Below are positions 31,761 through 41,322 of a stretch of DNA of 64,000 nucleotides, piece by piece (the stretch's first letter is position 1; each line of letters starts with the position of its first letter). The stretch covers positions 110,554-174,553 of the forward strand of contig CAVYXA010000004.1 in assembly GCA_963772365.1 (NCBI GenBank), written 5' to 3'. The notes under the pieces are model-generated. The model saw only the letters and a list, made by a program, of their open reading frames with translations, made no database searches and was not told where the DNA came from. Made by a program: the position numbers and the translations under genes. Source of the stretch: an uncultured Verrucomicrobiae bacterium (GTDB lineage: Bacteria > Verrucomicrobiota > Verrucomicrobiia > Chthoniobacterales > UBA10450).

Positions 31761-32630
31761 CTATAAAAATCGCTCCAGAATTGGTTTCAACTTTTTAATA
31801 GTCGTTTCCGGCCAAAGTTTCCGATCTGTAACCAGCGCCATATCCAGAGCGGAATGTTCCGGCCAGGTCGACTCCGTCGGCAGACGGGGAATTGCATCGA
31901 CGAGAACTTTCTTCGCCGCAGCTGCGTTAGCGGTGAGATGGCCAAAAACGGTCTGGGCCGAAACCGGTTCCTCATCAACTTTCCAGCAATCGTAATCTGT
32001 GATCATCGCCATCGTGCCGAGAGCAATTTCTGCTTCCCGCGCCAGTTTCGCTTCCGGAAGATTAGTCATCCCGATTACGTCAAAGCCGTTGCGACGGTGG
32101 AACTCCGATTCCGCCCGTGTCGAAAATGCTGGGCCGTCCATGTTCACGTAAGTCCCGCCCTCATGAACAGTGACACCAACTCGCTGCGCCGAGTCCGCCA
32201 GCAACTTTCTCAACGCGGCGCTCGTCGGTTCGGCGAAGGAAATGTGCGCCACGATGCCTTCACCGAAAAAAGTGTGAACGGCCCGCAAGCTGGTCCGATC
32301 ATAGAATTGCGATGGCAACAGAATATCGCGTGGCCGGTACTTCTCCTGCAAACTGCCCACCGCGGTCACGGCAATGATCCAGCGCACATTGAGCGAACGC
32401 AGCGCATAAATGTTGGCCCGATGATTCAGCTCGTGTGGCAAAATCCGGTGACCACGCCCGTGCCGCGGCAAAAAATAAACCTGCCGTCCACCCAGGTTGC
32501 CGCCGATCAAAACATCCGAAGGTGGCCCAAACGGAGTGTCGATCCTGTGCTCGGTCGGATCGCGCAGTTCCTCCATTTGGTACAACCCGCTGCCGCTGAT
32601 GACTCCGATTGCCGGAATAATTCTCTCCAT
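31761..32630 (-). CDS. mtnP: S-methyl-5'-thioadenosine phosphorylase
   Basis: GSGLY, TPFG.PSD, RHG.GH, AVGSL, GMTN.PEA.LARE, TDYDCW. Confidence 0.93.
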   Translation of the reverse strand: MERIIPAIGVISGSGLYQMEELRDPTEHRIDTPFGPPSDVLIGGNLGGRQVYFLPRHGRGHRILPHELNHRANIYALRSLNVRWIIAVTAVGSLQEKYRPRDILLPSQFYDRTSLRAVHTFFGEGIVAHISFAEPTSAALRKLLADSAQRVGVTVHEGGTYVNMDGPAFSTRAESEFHRRNGFDVIGMTNLPEAKLAREAEIALGTMAMITDYDCWKVDEEPVSAQTVFGHLTANAAAAKKVLVDAIPRLPTESTWPEHSALDMALVTDRKLWPETTIKKLKPILERFL

Positions 32631-32715
32631 CGCGCCGAATTAAGCCGAAGGACGATGGAAATGAAAAGTGGATAATGGCGAATGACCCCGGCTGGTGTAT
32701 TATTTTCGCCCGTCC

Positions 32716-34107
32716 ATGCCGAAGTTTTACATCAAGACCTACGGCTGCCAGATGAACGAGCGCGATTCGGAACAGGTCGCCCACTCGCTCATTTCGCGCG
32801 GTTATGAGCGCGTCGCGCATGAAGTCGAGGCGGATGTTGTTCTTCTGAACACCTGCAGCGTCCGGGACATGGCGGACCAAAAGGCGCTCGGGAAAATGGG
32901 AATGCTCGGGCGGATCGCTAAAGAGCGGCCGCAAGTTGTGTTCGGATTTCTAGGTTGCATGGCCCAAGCCCGTGGCGAATCGCTTCTGAAGAACTTGCCG
33001 CATGTCGATCTTGTCGTGGGCACGCAAAAGTTCCATCGCGTGGCCGATTATGTGGAGGAAATAATCGCGCGCAAAAATGCTACGGCGCAACCGCCGGGCG
33101 CGCCGCCGCAACGTCCAATCGATGATCTGCGTTTCTCGATTGTCGATGTTGCAGAGGAAAGTGGCTCGCAGGAGTCGATCCACGAACAAGAATTAGCGCC
33201 GAAGCAGGCGACGGCATTCGTCTCGATCATGCAAGGTTGCAATATGCATTGCACTTTTTGCATCGTGCCGCAGACGCGCGGCGCGGAGCGAAGCCGCTCG
33301 ATTCCCGCGATCGTGCGGGAAGTGCGCTATCTCGTTTCGCGCGGGGTGAAGGAAGTGACGTTGCTCGGGCAGATCGTGAACCTGTATGGGCGCCACGAAT
33401 TTCCGAAGATCGACAACAAAAGTCCGTTCGTGCAGTTACTCGAAGCTGTTCATCAAATCGACGATCTCGAGCGCCTGCGCTTCACTTCGCCGCATCCGAT
33501 CGGATTCCGTTCCGATTTGATCGAAGCATTTGCGACTCTACCCAAGCTGGCCGAGCACGTTCATCTTCCACTGCAATCCGGTTCCAACAAGATTCTGAAA
33601 GCTATGCATCGCGCCTACACGGCGGAAAAATATGTCGATCTAATCCGGCTGCTGCGTCAGGCCCGCAACGGCATCGCGATTACCACAGACATTATCGTTG
33701 GGTTTCCCGGTGAAACCGAAGATGATTACCGGCAAACGCGCGAGCTCGTCCAGGAGCTCGAGTTTGATAATGCTTTCATCTTTCGTTATTCACCGCGACA
33801 AGAAACGCCGGCTGCGGAGATGTCCGATCAGATCGACGAGCGCACGAAGGAACAACGCAATCAGGAATTACTCGCAATTGTAAACGCATCGAATCAGCGC
33901 GCGCTGAATCAGGTCGTCGGAGGCGAAGTGGAAGTTCTTTGCGAAGGTCCGAGTAAAACGAATCCTGCGCGATTGATGGGCAGAACGCGCACGAATAAGA
34001 TCGTTGTTTTTCAAGGAAGCAATGACCTGATCGGGAGGCGTGTCGATGTTCAGATCGAGCGGGCGAACGGTTTCAGCTTGTATGGCTCGCCTGTGCCGCG
34101 AATGTGA
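32716..34107 (+). CDS. miaB: tRNA-i6A37 methylthiotransferase
   Basis: TYGCQMN, NTCSVR, CNMHCTFC, TDIIVGFPGET, C-terminal TRAM domain. Confidence 0.95.
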   Translation: MPKFYIKTYGCQMNERDSEQVAHSLISRGYERVAHEVEADVVLLNTCSVRDMADQKALGKMGMLGRIAKERPQVVFGFLGCMAQARGESLLKNLPHVDLVVGTQKFHRVADYVEEIIARKNATAQPPGAPPQRPIDDLRFSIVDVAEESGSQESIHEQELAPKQATAFVSIMQGCNMHCTFCIVPQTRGAERSRSIPAIVREVRYLVSRGVKEVTLLGQIVNLYGRHEFPKIDNKSPFVQLLEAVHQIDDLERLRFTSPHPIGFRSDLIEAFATLPKLAEHVHLPLQSGSNKILKAMHRAYTAEKYVDLIRLLRQARNGIAITTDIIVGFPGETEDDYRQTRELVQELEFDNAFIFRYSPRQETPAAEMSDQIDERTKEQRNQELLAIVNASNQRALNQVVGGEVEVLCEGPSKTNPARLMGRTRTNKIVVFQGSNDLIGRRVDVQIERANGFSLYGSPVPRM

Positions 34108-34126
34108 CCGGTCAAAAACACTTCAA

Positions 34127-34675
34127 ATGATTTATCATCTCTCTTTGCGAACCATGGGCATCCTCTGTGGCCTGTGCCTGGTCATTATAAGTTTGCCTGG
34201 TCTGGTGAAACCGGATCTCGCCGGGCTTGCCCAACGATTTCCGCGTTCGCGTTTTGCCGGATTTCTTTTGCTGACTGTCGATCTCGTCTGGAGCCTTTGG
34301 CTGGTAGCTACCATCGAGATGGGCGAATTTGCCAGTTTTCGCGGACCACTGCTCATCGCGTTGCCCATCGGTTATTTTCTCGTTCTGCGCTTTGTTGATG
34401 AATTCCTCGCTGTTCGCGCTCTGGGCGTTCTATGCTTGTTAGCCGCCGAGCCACTGCTGGATGCTGCGTTTCTTCGTCACGAAGCGAGCCGTCTTCTCGT
34501 GACGGTGTTCGCCTACGTGCTCATCATTGCCGGGTTGTTCTGGACGGCCATTCCATACATTTTGCGCGACGAAATCAACTGGGGCGCACGGACGCCGGCT
34601 CGGTGGCGATTACTCCACGGAATTATCTTTTGCTACGGCGCGGCGATTCTCGCCTTCGCCTTTGTCCAATATTGA
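34127..34675 (+). CDS. Hypothetical integral membrane protein
   Basis: About 5 hydrophobic segments; follows miaB. Confidence 0.7.
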   Translation: MIYHLSLRTMGILCGLCLVIISLPGLVKPDLAGLAQRFPRSRFAGFLLLTVDLVWSLWLVATIEMGEFASFRGPLLIALPIGYFLVLRFVDEFLAVRALGVLCLLAAEPLLDAAFLRHEASRLLVTVFAYVLIIAGLFWTAIPYILRDEINWGARTPARWRLLHGIIFCYGAAILAFAFVQY

Positions 34676-34686
34676 GACCTGTATTT

Positions 34687-34711
34687 TGTAGGGCGTTTCT
34701 GTGAAACGCCT
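34687..34711 (+). repeat. Single GTAG REP
   Basis: TGTAG-GGCGTTTC-TGT-GAAACGCC. Confidence 0.65.
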
Positions 34712-34748
34712 GGATCGGGTCGACGCGGACGCCCTGGAAGCATACTAG

Positions 34749-35708
34749 ATGAAGCGTATTCTCATCATTCGCGGCGGCGCCTTGGGAGATTTCATTCTGA
34801 CGTTGCCCGCGCTAGAGGCGCTTCGAAATGCACACGCCCAGGCGCATATCGAGATACTTGGCTACAACCACATCATCTCACTCGCCGAAAATCGGAGGTA
34901 CACACAAGCAATCCGTTCTATCGAATACGCTCCGATGTCGGCTTTTTTCGCTGCCAATTCCGAGCTGCCGGGAGAATTGACGAATTACTTTGCCAGCTTT
35001 GATCTGACGATCAGCTATCCTTACGACCCAGACCGAATCTTTGAGAACAACCTGCGCCGATGCGGTGTAGCAAATTTCATCCGCGGCCCGGGCAAGATCG
35101 ATCCACCAAAGGACGGATTCGCCGCGGCGAACAACTCCACACACGCTGCTCGGCAATTGGCCCGACCGATGGAAGAACTGGGAATTCCCGTCAACGATTT
35201 CGCGGCGCATATTTATCCGGCGGAAGAAGATCGGCAATTCGCCCGCGAGTTCTTGCGAGACTTGCCACGACCGATCCTTGCAATCCATCCCGGAAGCGGA
35301 AGTGAGAAGAAAAATTGGCCGATTGAAAATTGGATGGAGCTCGGCTCCGAGACGCCTTCTCTGGTCGTGATCTCGGGCGAAGCCGATGAACCTCAGCGGA
35401 GGCGACTGCAAAAGGAATGGCGCGATCGTCCCGTTCGGTTCGCGACCAACCTGCCTTTAACGCAGCTCGCCGGGATTCTCGAGCAATCGATTTTCATTGG
35501 GCATGACAGCGGCATTTCGCATCTGGCAGCCGCAACCGGAGCGCAGTGCCTTTTACTGTTCGGTCCAACTGATCCACTGATTTGGGCGCCTTTGAATGAA
35601 GGCGTCCAGCTCCTCTGCGCACCCAATGGCGATTTGCGCCTGCTGGAAGCCCAGGTTGTGCGCAGTGCCCTCGATCAGGCGCTGATGCGCATCGGCATTA
35701 GCACGTAA
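34749..35708 (+). CDS. GT9 heptosyltransferase-family protein
   Basis: GALGDFIL, HPGSG..KKNWP, GHDSGISHLAAA, LFGPT. Confidence 0.9.
   Translation: MKRILIIRGGALGDFILTLPALEALRNAHAQAHIEILGYNHIISLAENRRYTQAIRSIEYAPMSAFFAANSELPGELTNYFASFDLTISYPYDPDRIFENNLRRCGVANFIRGPGKIDPPKDGFAAANNSTHAARQLARPMEELGIPVNDFAAHIYPAEEDRQFAREFLRDLPRPILAIHPGSGSEKKNWPIENWMELGSETPSLVVISGEADEPQRRRLQKEWRDRPVRFATNLPLTQLAGILEQSIFIGHDSGISHLAAATGAQCLLLFGPTDPLIWAPLNEGVQLLCAPNGDLRLLEAQVVRSALDQALMRIGIST
35101..35132 (-). repeat. ~32-nt double-hairpin element inside the GT9 gene
   Basis: Reverse complement GTTCGCCGCGGCGAATCCGTCCTTTGGTGGAT aligns with 48431 and 55921. Confidence 0.65.
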
Positions 35709-36772
35709 AGAAACGGCGTTTGGATTTTCAAAACGCCGGGACTCATTTCATCGATGAGATCGAGGAATACTTCGTCCTCGGTCAGCGCGCGCAGTGGCGC
35801 CATCAGGAATTCCGGATTGAAGGCAATGGAAAAATCGCGCCCTTTGTATTGAACCGCGAGCGACTCCTTCGCTTCGCCGACCTCCGGTGTATTGGCCGTG
35901 ATGTCGATGTTATTCTTGCTGAAGTTGAGCTTGATCGAATTTGATTTGTCGCTGGCCAGCAGCGAGACGCGTCGCAGAGAATTCAAAAATGTTTCACGTT
36001 CGAGAGTGATTCGCTCTTTGGCTTCGCTTGGAATCACCTGTTTGTAATTCGGATAATTACCCTCGATTAATTTTGAGACCAGCAATGTCTTATTCAGATC
36101 GAACGCCACCTGGCCGCTGCTCACGCTCATCTTCACATCGGCATCGTCGGTCAAAAGGCGTTGCAGCTCGGTGACGGCTTTGGTTGGGACAATGATGTCG
36201 GTCTCATGACTGCGAGGGAATTCGAGCTCGATGTCGACCATCGCCAGCCGTCGGCCATCCGTCGCCACCAACGTAAGCTTGTTATCCTTGAAGCTGAACA
36301 GCACACCGTTCAGTACGTAGCGAGTCTCATCAGTCGAAATCGCATAGGAAGTCTTCCGTAAACCGTCGCGTAAATCCTTCTGCCGAATCGTGACTACCTT
36401 CGCATCATCAAATTTCGGCAGTGGTGGAAATTCCTCTTCGGGCAGGCCCAGAATTTTGAAGAAGCTCTGGCCGCTTCGAATGGAAGCGGTGTTTTTCCCA
36501 TCGACATCGATCTGGATTTCGCTTGAGGGCAATTCGCGAATGATGTTGAAAAGGCGCCGGGCTGGGAGCGTGGTTGCGCCCGCCTTCTCAACTTGCGCTT
36601 CGCAGCTGCCCCGCACGCCCACGTCCAGATCCGTGGTGGTGAGATGGACTTCGTCGCCGTTGGCTTGTAGCAGAACGTTCGAGAGAATCGGCAGAGTGGT
36701 TCGAGTGCTGACGACGTTTTGGACCTGTTGCAGACCTTCCAGGAGTTTTTCTTTTGTTACGCTTACTTTCAT
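35675..36772 (-). CDS. dnaN: DNA polymerase III beta clamp
   Basis: TLPILSN, TRYVLNG, VATDGRRL, YVLMPMR. Confidence 0.97.
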   Translation of the reverse strand: MKVSVTKEKLLEGLQQVQNVVSTRTTLPILSNVLLQANGDEVHLTTTDLDVGVRGSCEAQVEKAGATTLPARRLFNIIRELPSSEIQIDVDGKNTASIRSGQSFFKILGLPEEEFPPLPKFDDAKVVTIRQKDLRDGLRKTSYAISTDETRYVLNGVLFSFKDNKLTLVATDGRRLAMVDIELEFPRSHETDIIVPTKAVTELQRLLTDDADVKMSVSSGQVAFDLNKTLLVSKLIEGNYPNYKQVIPSEAKERITLERETFLNSLRRVSLLASDKSNSIKLNFSKNNIDITANTPEVGEAKESLAVQYKGRDFSIAFNPEFLMAPLRALTEDEVFLDLIDEMSPGVLKIQTPFLYVLMPMRISA

Positions 36773-36862
36773 GAGCTCTATAGGGCGCTTAAGATGTAAA
36801 GCTTCCGATTTTATTCGGCAACCGTAATCTCTGCCTCCGAACCGGCGGGCGATCCCCGGGCA

Positions 36863-38221
36863 TTAGCGGTGAAGCGCGCTGTCGATGAACGAAATTGTCT
36901 GGCGAATTTTGTCCTGCTCGCTCATCCGTTTCTTCACCAGCTTGCAGGCATGGAGGACGGTTCCATGGTCGCGTCCGCCGAAGGCCTCTCCGATTTCGTT
37001 CAAGGATGACTTGGTCAGTTCGCGTGCGAGATACATCGCCACTTGCCGAGGAAAGGCAATGTTGGCCGGGCGACGCTTGCTGGTCATGTCGGCCAGGCGC
37101 ACATCGAAATGTTCTGCCACTCGCTTCTGAATCTGTTCGATCGTGATCGATTGTTTCCCTTCTTCCTGCAGAATATCTTTCAATAGGTGCTCGATCACTT
37201 CCTGCGTGAGAGCTTTGCCGCTCAATGATGCGAAGGACGCGACCCGCATCAGCGCGCCTTCGAGCCTGCGCACGTTGGTGCGAATTCGATTGGCCAGAAA
37301 TTCGAAGACTGCGTCATCGAGCTTGATCCCGAGAATGATCGCTTTCTTGCGCAAAATGGCCATCCGAGTCTCGATTTCGGGCGGCTGAAGTTCAGCCGTC
37401 AGGCCCCATTCGAATCGTGAAACCAGCCGGTGCTCCAGATTTGCGATCTCGGAAGCCGGCCGATCACTGGATAGCACGATCTGTTTGTGGCCGTCAAAAA
37501 GCGTGTTGAAAGTGTGAAAGAATTCTTCCTGTGACCGTTCCTTGCCGGCGAGGAACTGAATATCGTCGATCAACAGGAGATCGGCCTGTCGATAGCGCTT
37601 CCGGAATTTAACCAAGGTGCTGTGCTGGATCGCATCGATGAATTCGTTGATGAACAGTTCGCTCGAGAGATAGATGACTTTTGTGTTTTTCTTTTTTGCC
37701 CAAACATGCTGGCCGATCGCCTGCATCAAATGCGTTTTGCCCAAACCAACTCCGCCATAAATGAAAAGCGGATTGTAGGTCCTGGCCGGCGACTGGGCGA
37801 CCGCCAGCGCCGCCGAATGAGCGTACTCATTGTTCGGACCGACGACGAATGATTCGAACGTGTTGCGCGGGTTCAGTGCCAGCCCGCTGCTACTGCTTTT
37901 GTTCTCGCGCGACAAATTCGGCATCTCTTTCAACACCGCTACGTCCTCCGGCGCGATCTGTGCCGCCGTGCCCGCCGGCAATGAAAACTTTACGTCGCGC
38001 GGGCCGCCGAATGCCTCAATAATCGCCGTTTGTAATGCTGTCATGTGGTTGCTTTCGATCCAGAACTGATAAATATTGTTAGGCACGCGAAATGTGAGCG
38101 CGCGATCGCTCACCTCAATCAGTTCCACGGCGGAAAACCAGCGCTTGAAAGTATCCGGGCTCACGTGTGGTCGAAGCGCGTCTGCCAATTTCTGCCAGAT
38201 CTCGGTACAGGTCTCTTTCAT
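36863..38221 (-). CDS. dnaA: Chromosomal replication initiator
   Basis: YNPLFIYGGVGLGKTHL, LLIDDIQF, RLVSRFEWG, GGRDHGTVLHA. Confidence 0.98.
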   Translation of the reverse strand: MKETCTEIWQKLADALRPHVSPDTFKRWFSAVELIEVSDRALTFRVPNNIYQFWIESNHMTALQTAIIEAFGGPRDVKFSLPAGTAAQIAPEDVAVLKEMPNLSRENKSSSSGLALNPRNTFESFVVGPNNEYAHSAALAVAQSPARTYNPLFIYGGVGLGKTHLMQAIGQHVWAKKKNTKVIYLSSELFINEFIDAIQHSTLVKFRKRYRQADLLLIDDIQFLAGKERSQEEFFHTFNTLFDGHKQIVLSSDRPASEIANLEHRLVSRFEWGLTAELQPPEIETRMAILRKKAIILGIKLDDAVFEFLANRIRTNVRRLEGALMRVASFASLSGKALTQEVIEHLLKDILQEEGKQSITIEQIQKRVAEHFDVRLADMTSKRRPANIAFPRQVAMYLARELTKSSLNEIGEAFGGRDHGTVLHACKLVKKRMSEQDKIRQTISFIDSALHR

Positions 38222-38224
38222 CAA

Positions 38225-38830
38225 AACTTGTTAACAGCGTTACACAATTGCCACATTGGCGATTCGCCTGGAAATTCGCCGGGCAAATCCTCGGTTTTGC
38301 CGGAGAATTTTGCCATCGCTCGTCGAGAAAGCGGAGAGAAAACTCGCCGCAAATGTCAAAATACGAGGGAAAAACGCGTTTTCCACGGACAAAGCACGCA
38401 TCGAAGATGCGGCGAGGGAGAGGTCCATCAATGTTCCGGGTTGGTTAGGCGAGGGTTGATTCATTCTCTGGCGCGAAATTTATCAAAATCTGTTCACATG
38501 TTATTCACATCGGCTTTCCTCCCGCCCTGCCAGCGGGCTTGAGATTAGAAATCCGAGTTCACTTCGACAAGAAAAAAATCGGAATTTATTTTTTTCTGTC
38601 GTCAAAAAAATTCTTGACTGAAAAATCAATTCGGCAATCGCCCAAGGCGAGAAAATTTTCGCCGCGCAGCGACCTGGGAAATCTCGCAGCAGTTATTAAT
38701 GAGAAACGCTCAATCCTTGACCGATTCGGGCGAGGAGCGCACTTTTTGAGCCTTTGCGACATGCATCCTGCTCTGTCTGCAAACGGAAAATGAACTGCCA
38801 GCGCCAACAATTGTCAGAATCGCGGAATGA
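38225..38830. other. Probable oriC / dnaA promoter region
   Basis: ~600 nt non-coding upstream of dnaA; TTATTCACA at 38501, CTGTTCACA at 38490, weaker box-like 9-mers at 38228 and 38247; A/T tracts at 38570-38630. Confidence 0.65.
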
Positions 38831-38866
38831 GCGTGCAGCTATTTTGGCTTGGAGCGCTTACTGATC

Positions 38867-39385
38867 ATGCGTTGTCTTGCTCTTTTCGGATTCGCCTTTC
38901 TTCTGTCGGCGCTGTCGGTCTCGGCGGCGGATGAACTGCTGCCACCGTTCGGTTTTCGATGGAACGATTCCATGTCGCGCGTGGAAGCTGTCCTGAAGGG
39001 CGCAAGAGCAAAGATTGTGGCGCGCGAGAAAAAAGAAGGACGCGACGTCTGGACGGTAGAAGGTCTGGTCCACCCGGGATTGAAGCGGACTAAGTTCACG
39101 TTCAAGGACCGCGGTCTCTACGGTGTGGAACTCCTCTACGAATATGATCGTCCCATCGAATGGTACAACCAACGTATGGCAGAAATCCGGAAATATTTCG
39201 AAGAAAAATACGGCACCGGAAAACTGGTTTCGCGTTCGCGGGACACCGATACCGATGTCATTCAAACCCTGGTCGGTTATCAATGGATGGTCGGGGCGAC
39301 GATGCTCGAACTTTTCTATTTTTCCGCCGAGCAAGGTACCGACCACGTCTATCGCGCGATCTCCGTCGATTACAAGGCGCTCTGA
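38867..39385 (+). CDS. Secreted hypothetical protein
   Basis: Signal peptide; PFGFRW motif; divergent from dnaA. Confidence 0.75.
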   Translation: MRCLALFGFAFLLSALSVSAADELLPPFGFRWNDSMSRVEAVLKGARAKIVAREKKEGRDVWTVEGLVHPGLKRTKFTFKDRGLYGVELLYEYDRPIEWYNQRMAEIRKYFEEKYGTGKLVSRSRDTDTDVIQTLVGYQWMVGATMLELFYFSAEQGTDHVYRAISVDYKAL

Positions 39386-39444
39386 CCTAAATCAGCCTGC
39401 GTCGATCCTCGGCTGACCGGAAGTCTACCGGCCACAGCCGATGC

Positions 39445-40053
39445 TTAGAGTGTCCTTTCGGTGACTGCCGGCTCGAGGTCACGAGGCCGGAGTTTGTGTC
39501 CACGCTGCGTTTGCTTTTGCAGTCGTTTGAGCCGGCTGGATAACGCCGCTTTTGCGGCGGAGCTCATCCGATCGATGAACAAAATCCCGTTGAGATGATC
39601 GACTTCGTGTTGGATCGCGCGCGCCAATAAACCGCTCGCTTCGATCTGCACTTTTTCTCCATCTGCGGTTTCGGCTCGCACCACGACCGAATGCGCCCGC
39701 TCGATCTCGCCAGTAATCTCCGGAAAACTTAGACAACCTTCCACACCGATTTCCGTCTCAGCGCCGAGCGCGATTTCCGGATTGATCAAAACGATCGGCA
39801 TCGCGGTCCTCGGATCGATATGCGCGCCATTCAGTTTCATTGTGCTTGGCCGATCTTCGACTTGCGAGATATCCAGGACGGTGAGTTGAAGAGGCTGGCC
39901 GATTTGTTGTGCAGCCAAGCCGACCCCGTTCGCAGCCTGCATGGTCTCGATCATGTTTCGGGCCAGCTCGCGAATGTGATTGTCGATCTCCTCCACGCGC
40001 TTTCCTTTTGCCCGCAGGACCGGATCCCCATATTGGACGATCGACAATTTCAT
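39445..40053 (-). CDS. def: Peptide deformylase
   Basis: GVGLAAQQ, EGCLS, QHEVDHLNG. Confidence 0.96.
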   Translation of the reverse strand: MKLSIVQYGDPVLRAKGKRVEEIDNHIRELARNMIETMQAANGVGLAAQQIGQPLQLTVLDISQVEDRPSTMKLNGAHIDPRTAMPIVLINPEIALGAETEIGVEGCLSFPEITGEIERAHSVVVRAETADGEKVQIEASGLLARAIQHEVDHLNGILFIDRMSSAAKAALSSRLKRLQKQTQRGHKLRPRDLEPAVTERTL

Positions 40054-40460
40054 TTCTCGATCGTGTTCGTGAAAGCCGGCAGGTTTTTCACCCCGGCGAG
40101 TTTCAAAGCATCCATCACTTTAATAATCGTTCCGAACGACGCCTTTTTGTCGGCTTGCAAAGCCAGGGCCGATTTGCGTTCTGCCGGTAGATCGCGCACA
40201 GCCGCTTCCAGTTCGTCCGCTGCGAGGCTGCGACCATCCAGTTTAATGTTGTCATTTTCGTCCACGCTCACGATGGCATGTTCGAGCTCGGCTGGCACTT
40301 TGCTCGCGGTTTTCGATTCCGGCAGATTAATTTTCACCTCCGGTTGATCTTTTTTAAAAGTCGTCGTGACCACAAAAAAGATCAGCAGAATCGTCAGGAT
40401 ATCCACCAGCGAAACGATGATGATCGCTGGCGCCCGCCGCTTTCTAACAGCGAATTTCAT
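40050..40460 (-). CDS. exbD: ExbD/TolR-family protein
   Basis: SLVDILTILLIFFVV, LQADK...IKVMD. Confidence 0.9.
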   Translation of the reverse strand: MKFAVRKRRAPAIIIVSLVDILTILLIFFVVTTTFKKDQPEVKINLPESKTASKVPAELEHAIVSVDENDNIKLDGRSLAADELEAAVRDLPAERKSALALQADKKASFGTIIKVMDALKLAGVKNLPAFTNTIEK

Positions 40461-40492
40461 AGTGCGATTTCATTACTGCAGAAATGCCATCG

Positions 40493-40572
40493 CCCTCACT
40501 GGCGCTACGCGCCCGTCTCTCCCAACGGGAGAGAATTCCTTCTCCCCGTTGGGGAGAAGGCGAGGATGAGGG
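40493..40572. repeat. CCCTC-type palindromic element between exbB and exbD
   Basis: CCCTCA...TGAGGG enclosing TCTCTCCC-AAC-GGGAGAGA and CCTTCTCCCC-GTT-GGGGAGAAGG hairpins. Confidence 0.7.
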
Positions 40573-40602
40573 GAGATGAAACACATCGCGCGGTAGTTTC
40601 TG

Positions 40603-41307
40603 TCACGCGACCTGCGCCGGCTCCGATACCGTTGGCTTGGCCGCCGGCGGTAACGGCTGCCCGGCGACTCGTCCGTAATAACACTTGGCGATCAAATCGG
40701 CCACCAACGATTCCATTTCCACCGACATCGCTTCGACCTTTTTTGAGAAATAACTGAACGCGATCAAGCTCGGCACAGCGATCGATAATCCGAAGATCGT
40801 CGTGTTCAGCGCCTCAGAAATTCCGAGAGCAATTCCCTGCGTCTCGGACGCACCAGCGCTCAATCCGAGGTGAGAAAAGACGTGCACCAGACCGGAAACG
40901 GTTCCAATCAGACCCAAAAGCGGCGCAATCCCCGTGATCACTTCCAGCATGACCAGGCCGCGTTCCAAGCGCACCATTTCCTGTCGGGCTCGTGTTTGCA
41001 CCGCTTCAATATTCTCCGAGCGCGGCCAGCGCAGATGTCGCAATGCTACCCGAGCAATCCGTCCCAGGGCGGAGGGATCGTGATGCACGATACGACCCAA
41101 TCGCTCCGGGCTTCCGCCGGGAACGAGCCGCTCGATCTCGCTCACGATCGTGGGCGGCAGCACGATCTTTTCGCGCAGCGCGATCACTCGCAGGATGATT
41201 GTCGTCACCGAAGCAATAGAACAGATCAGCAACGGCCACATAAAGAGGCCGCCTTTGGCAAAAAAACCGGTCATGGTCTGCATTGTTTCCGACATCTCCG
41301 CGATCAT
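40603..41307 (-). CDS. exbB: MotA/TolQ/ExbB proton channel protein
   Basis: GGLFMWPL, APLLGLIGTV.G, GISEAL.TT..GL. Confidence 0.9.
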   Translation of the reverse strand: MIAEMSETMQTMTGFFAKGGLFMWPLLICSIASVTTIILRVIALREKIVLPPTIVSEIERLVPGGSPERLGRIVHHDPSALGRIARVALRHLRWPRSENIEAVQTRARQEMVRLERGLVMLEVITGIAPLLGLIGTVSGLVHVFSHLGLSAGASETQGIALGISEALNTTIFGLSIAVPSLIAFSYFSKKVEAMSVEMESLVADLIAKCYYGRVAGQPLPPAAKPTVSEPAQVA

Positions 41308-41322
41308 TGAGGGCAAAATCGT

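Noticed and set aside
35990..36005. Second parS in dnaN (TGTTTCACGTTCGAGA)
   Set aside because: Only the left half matches; not palindromic.
38045..38810. ORFs called in the origin region
   Set aside because: No recognisable motifs; they overlap DnaA boxes and A-tracts.
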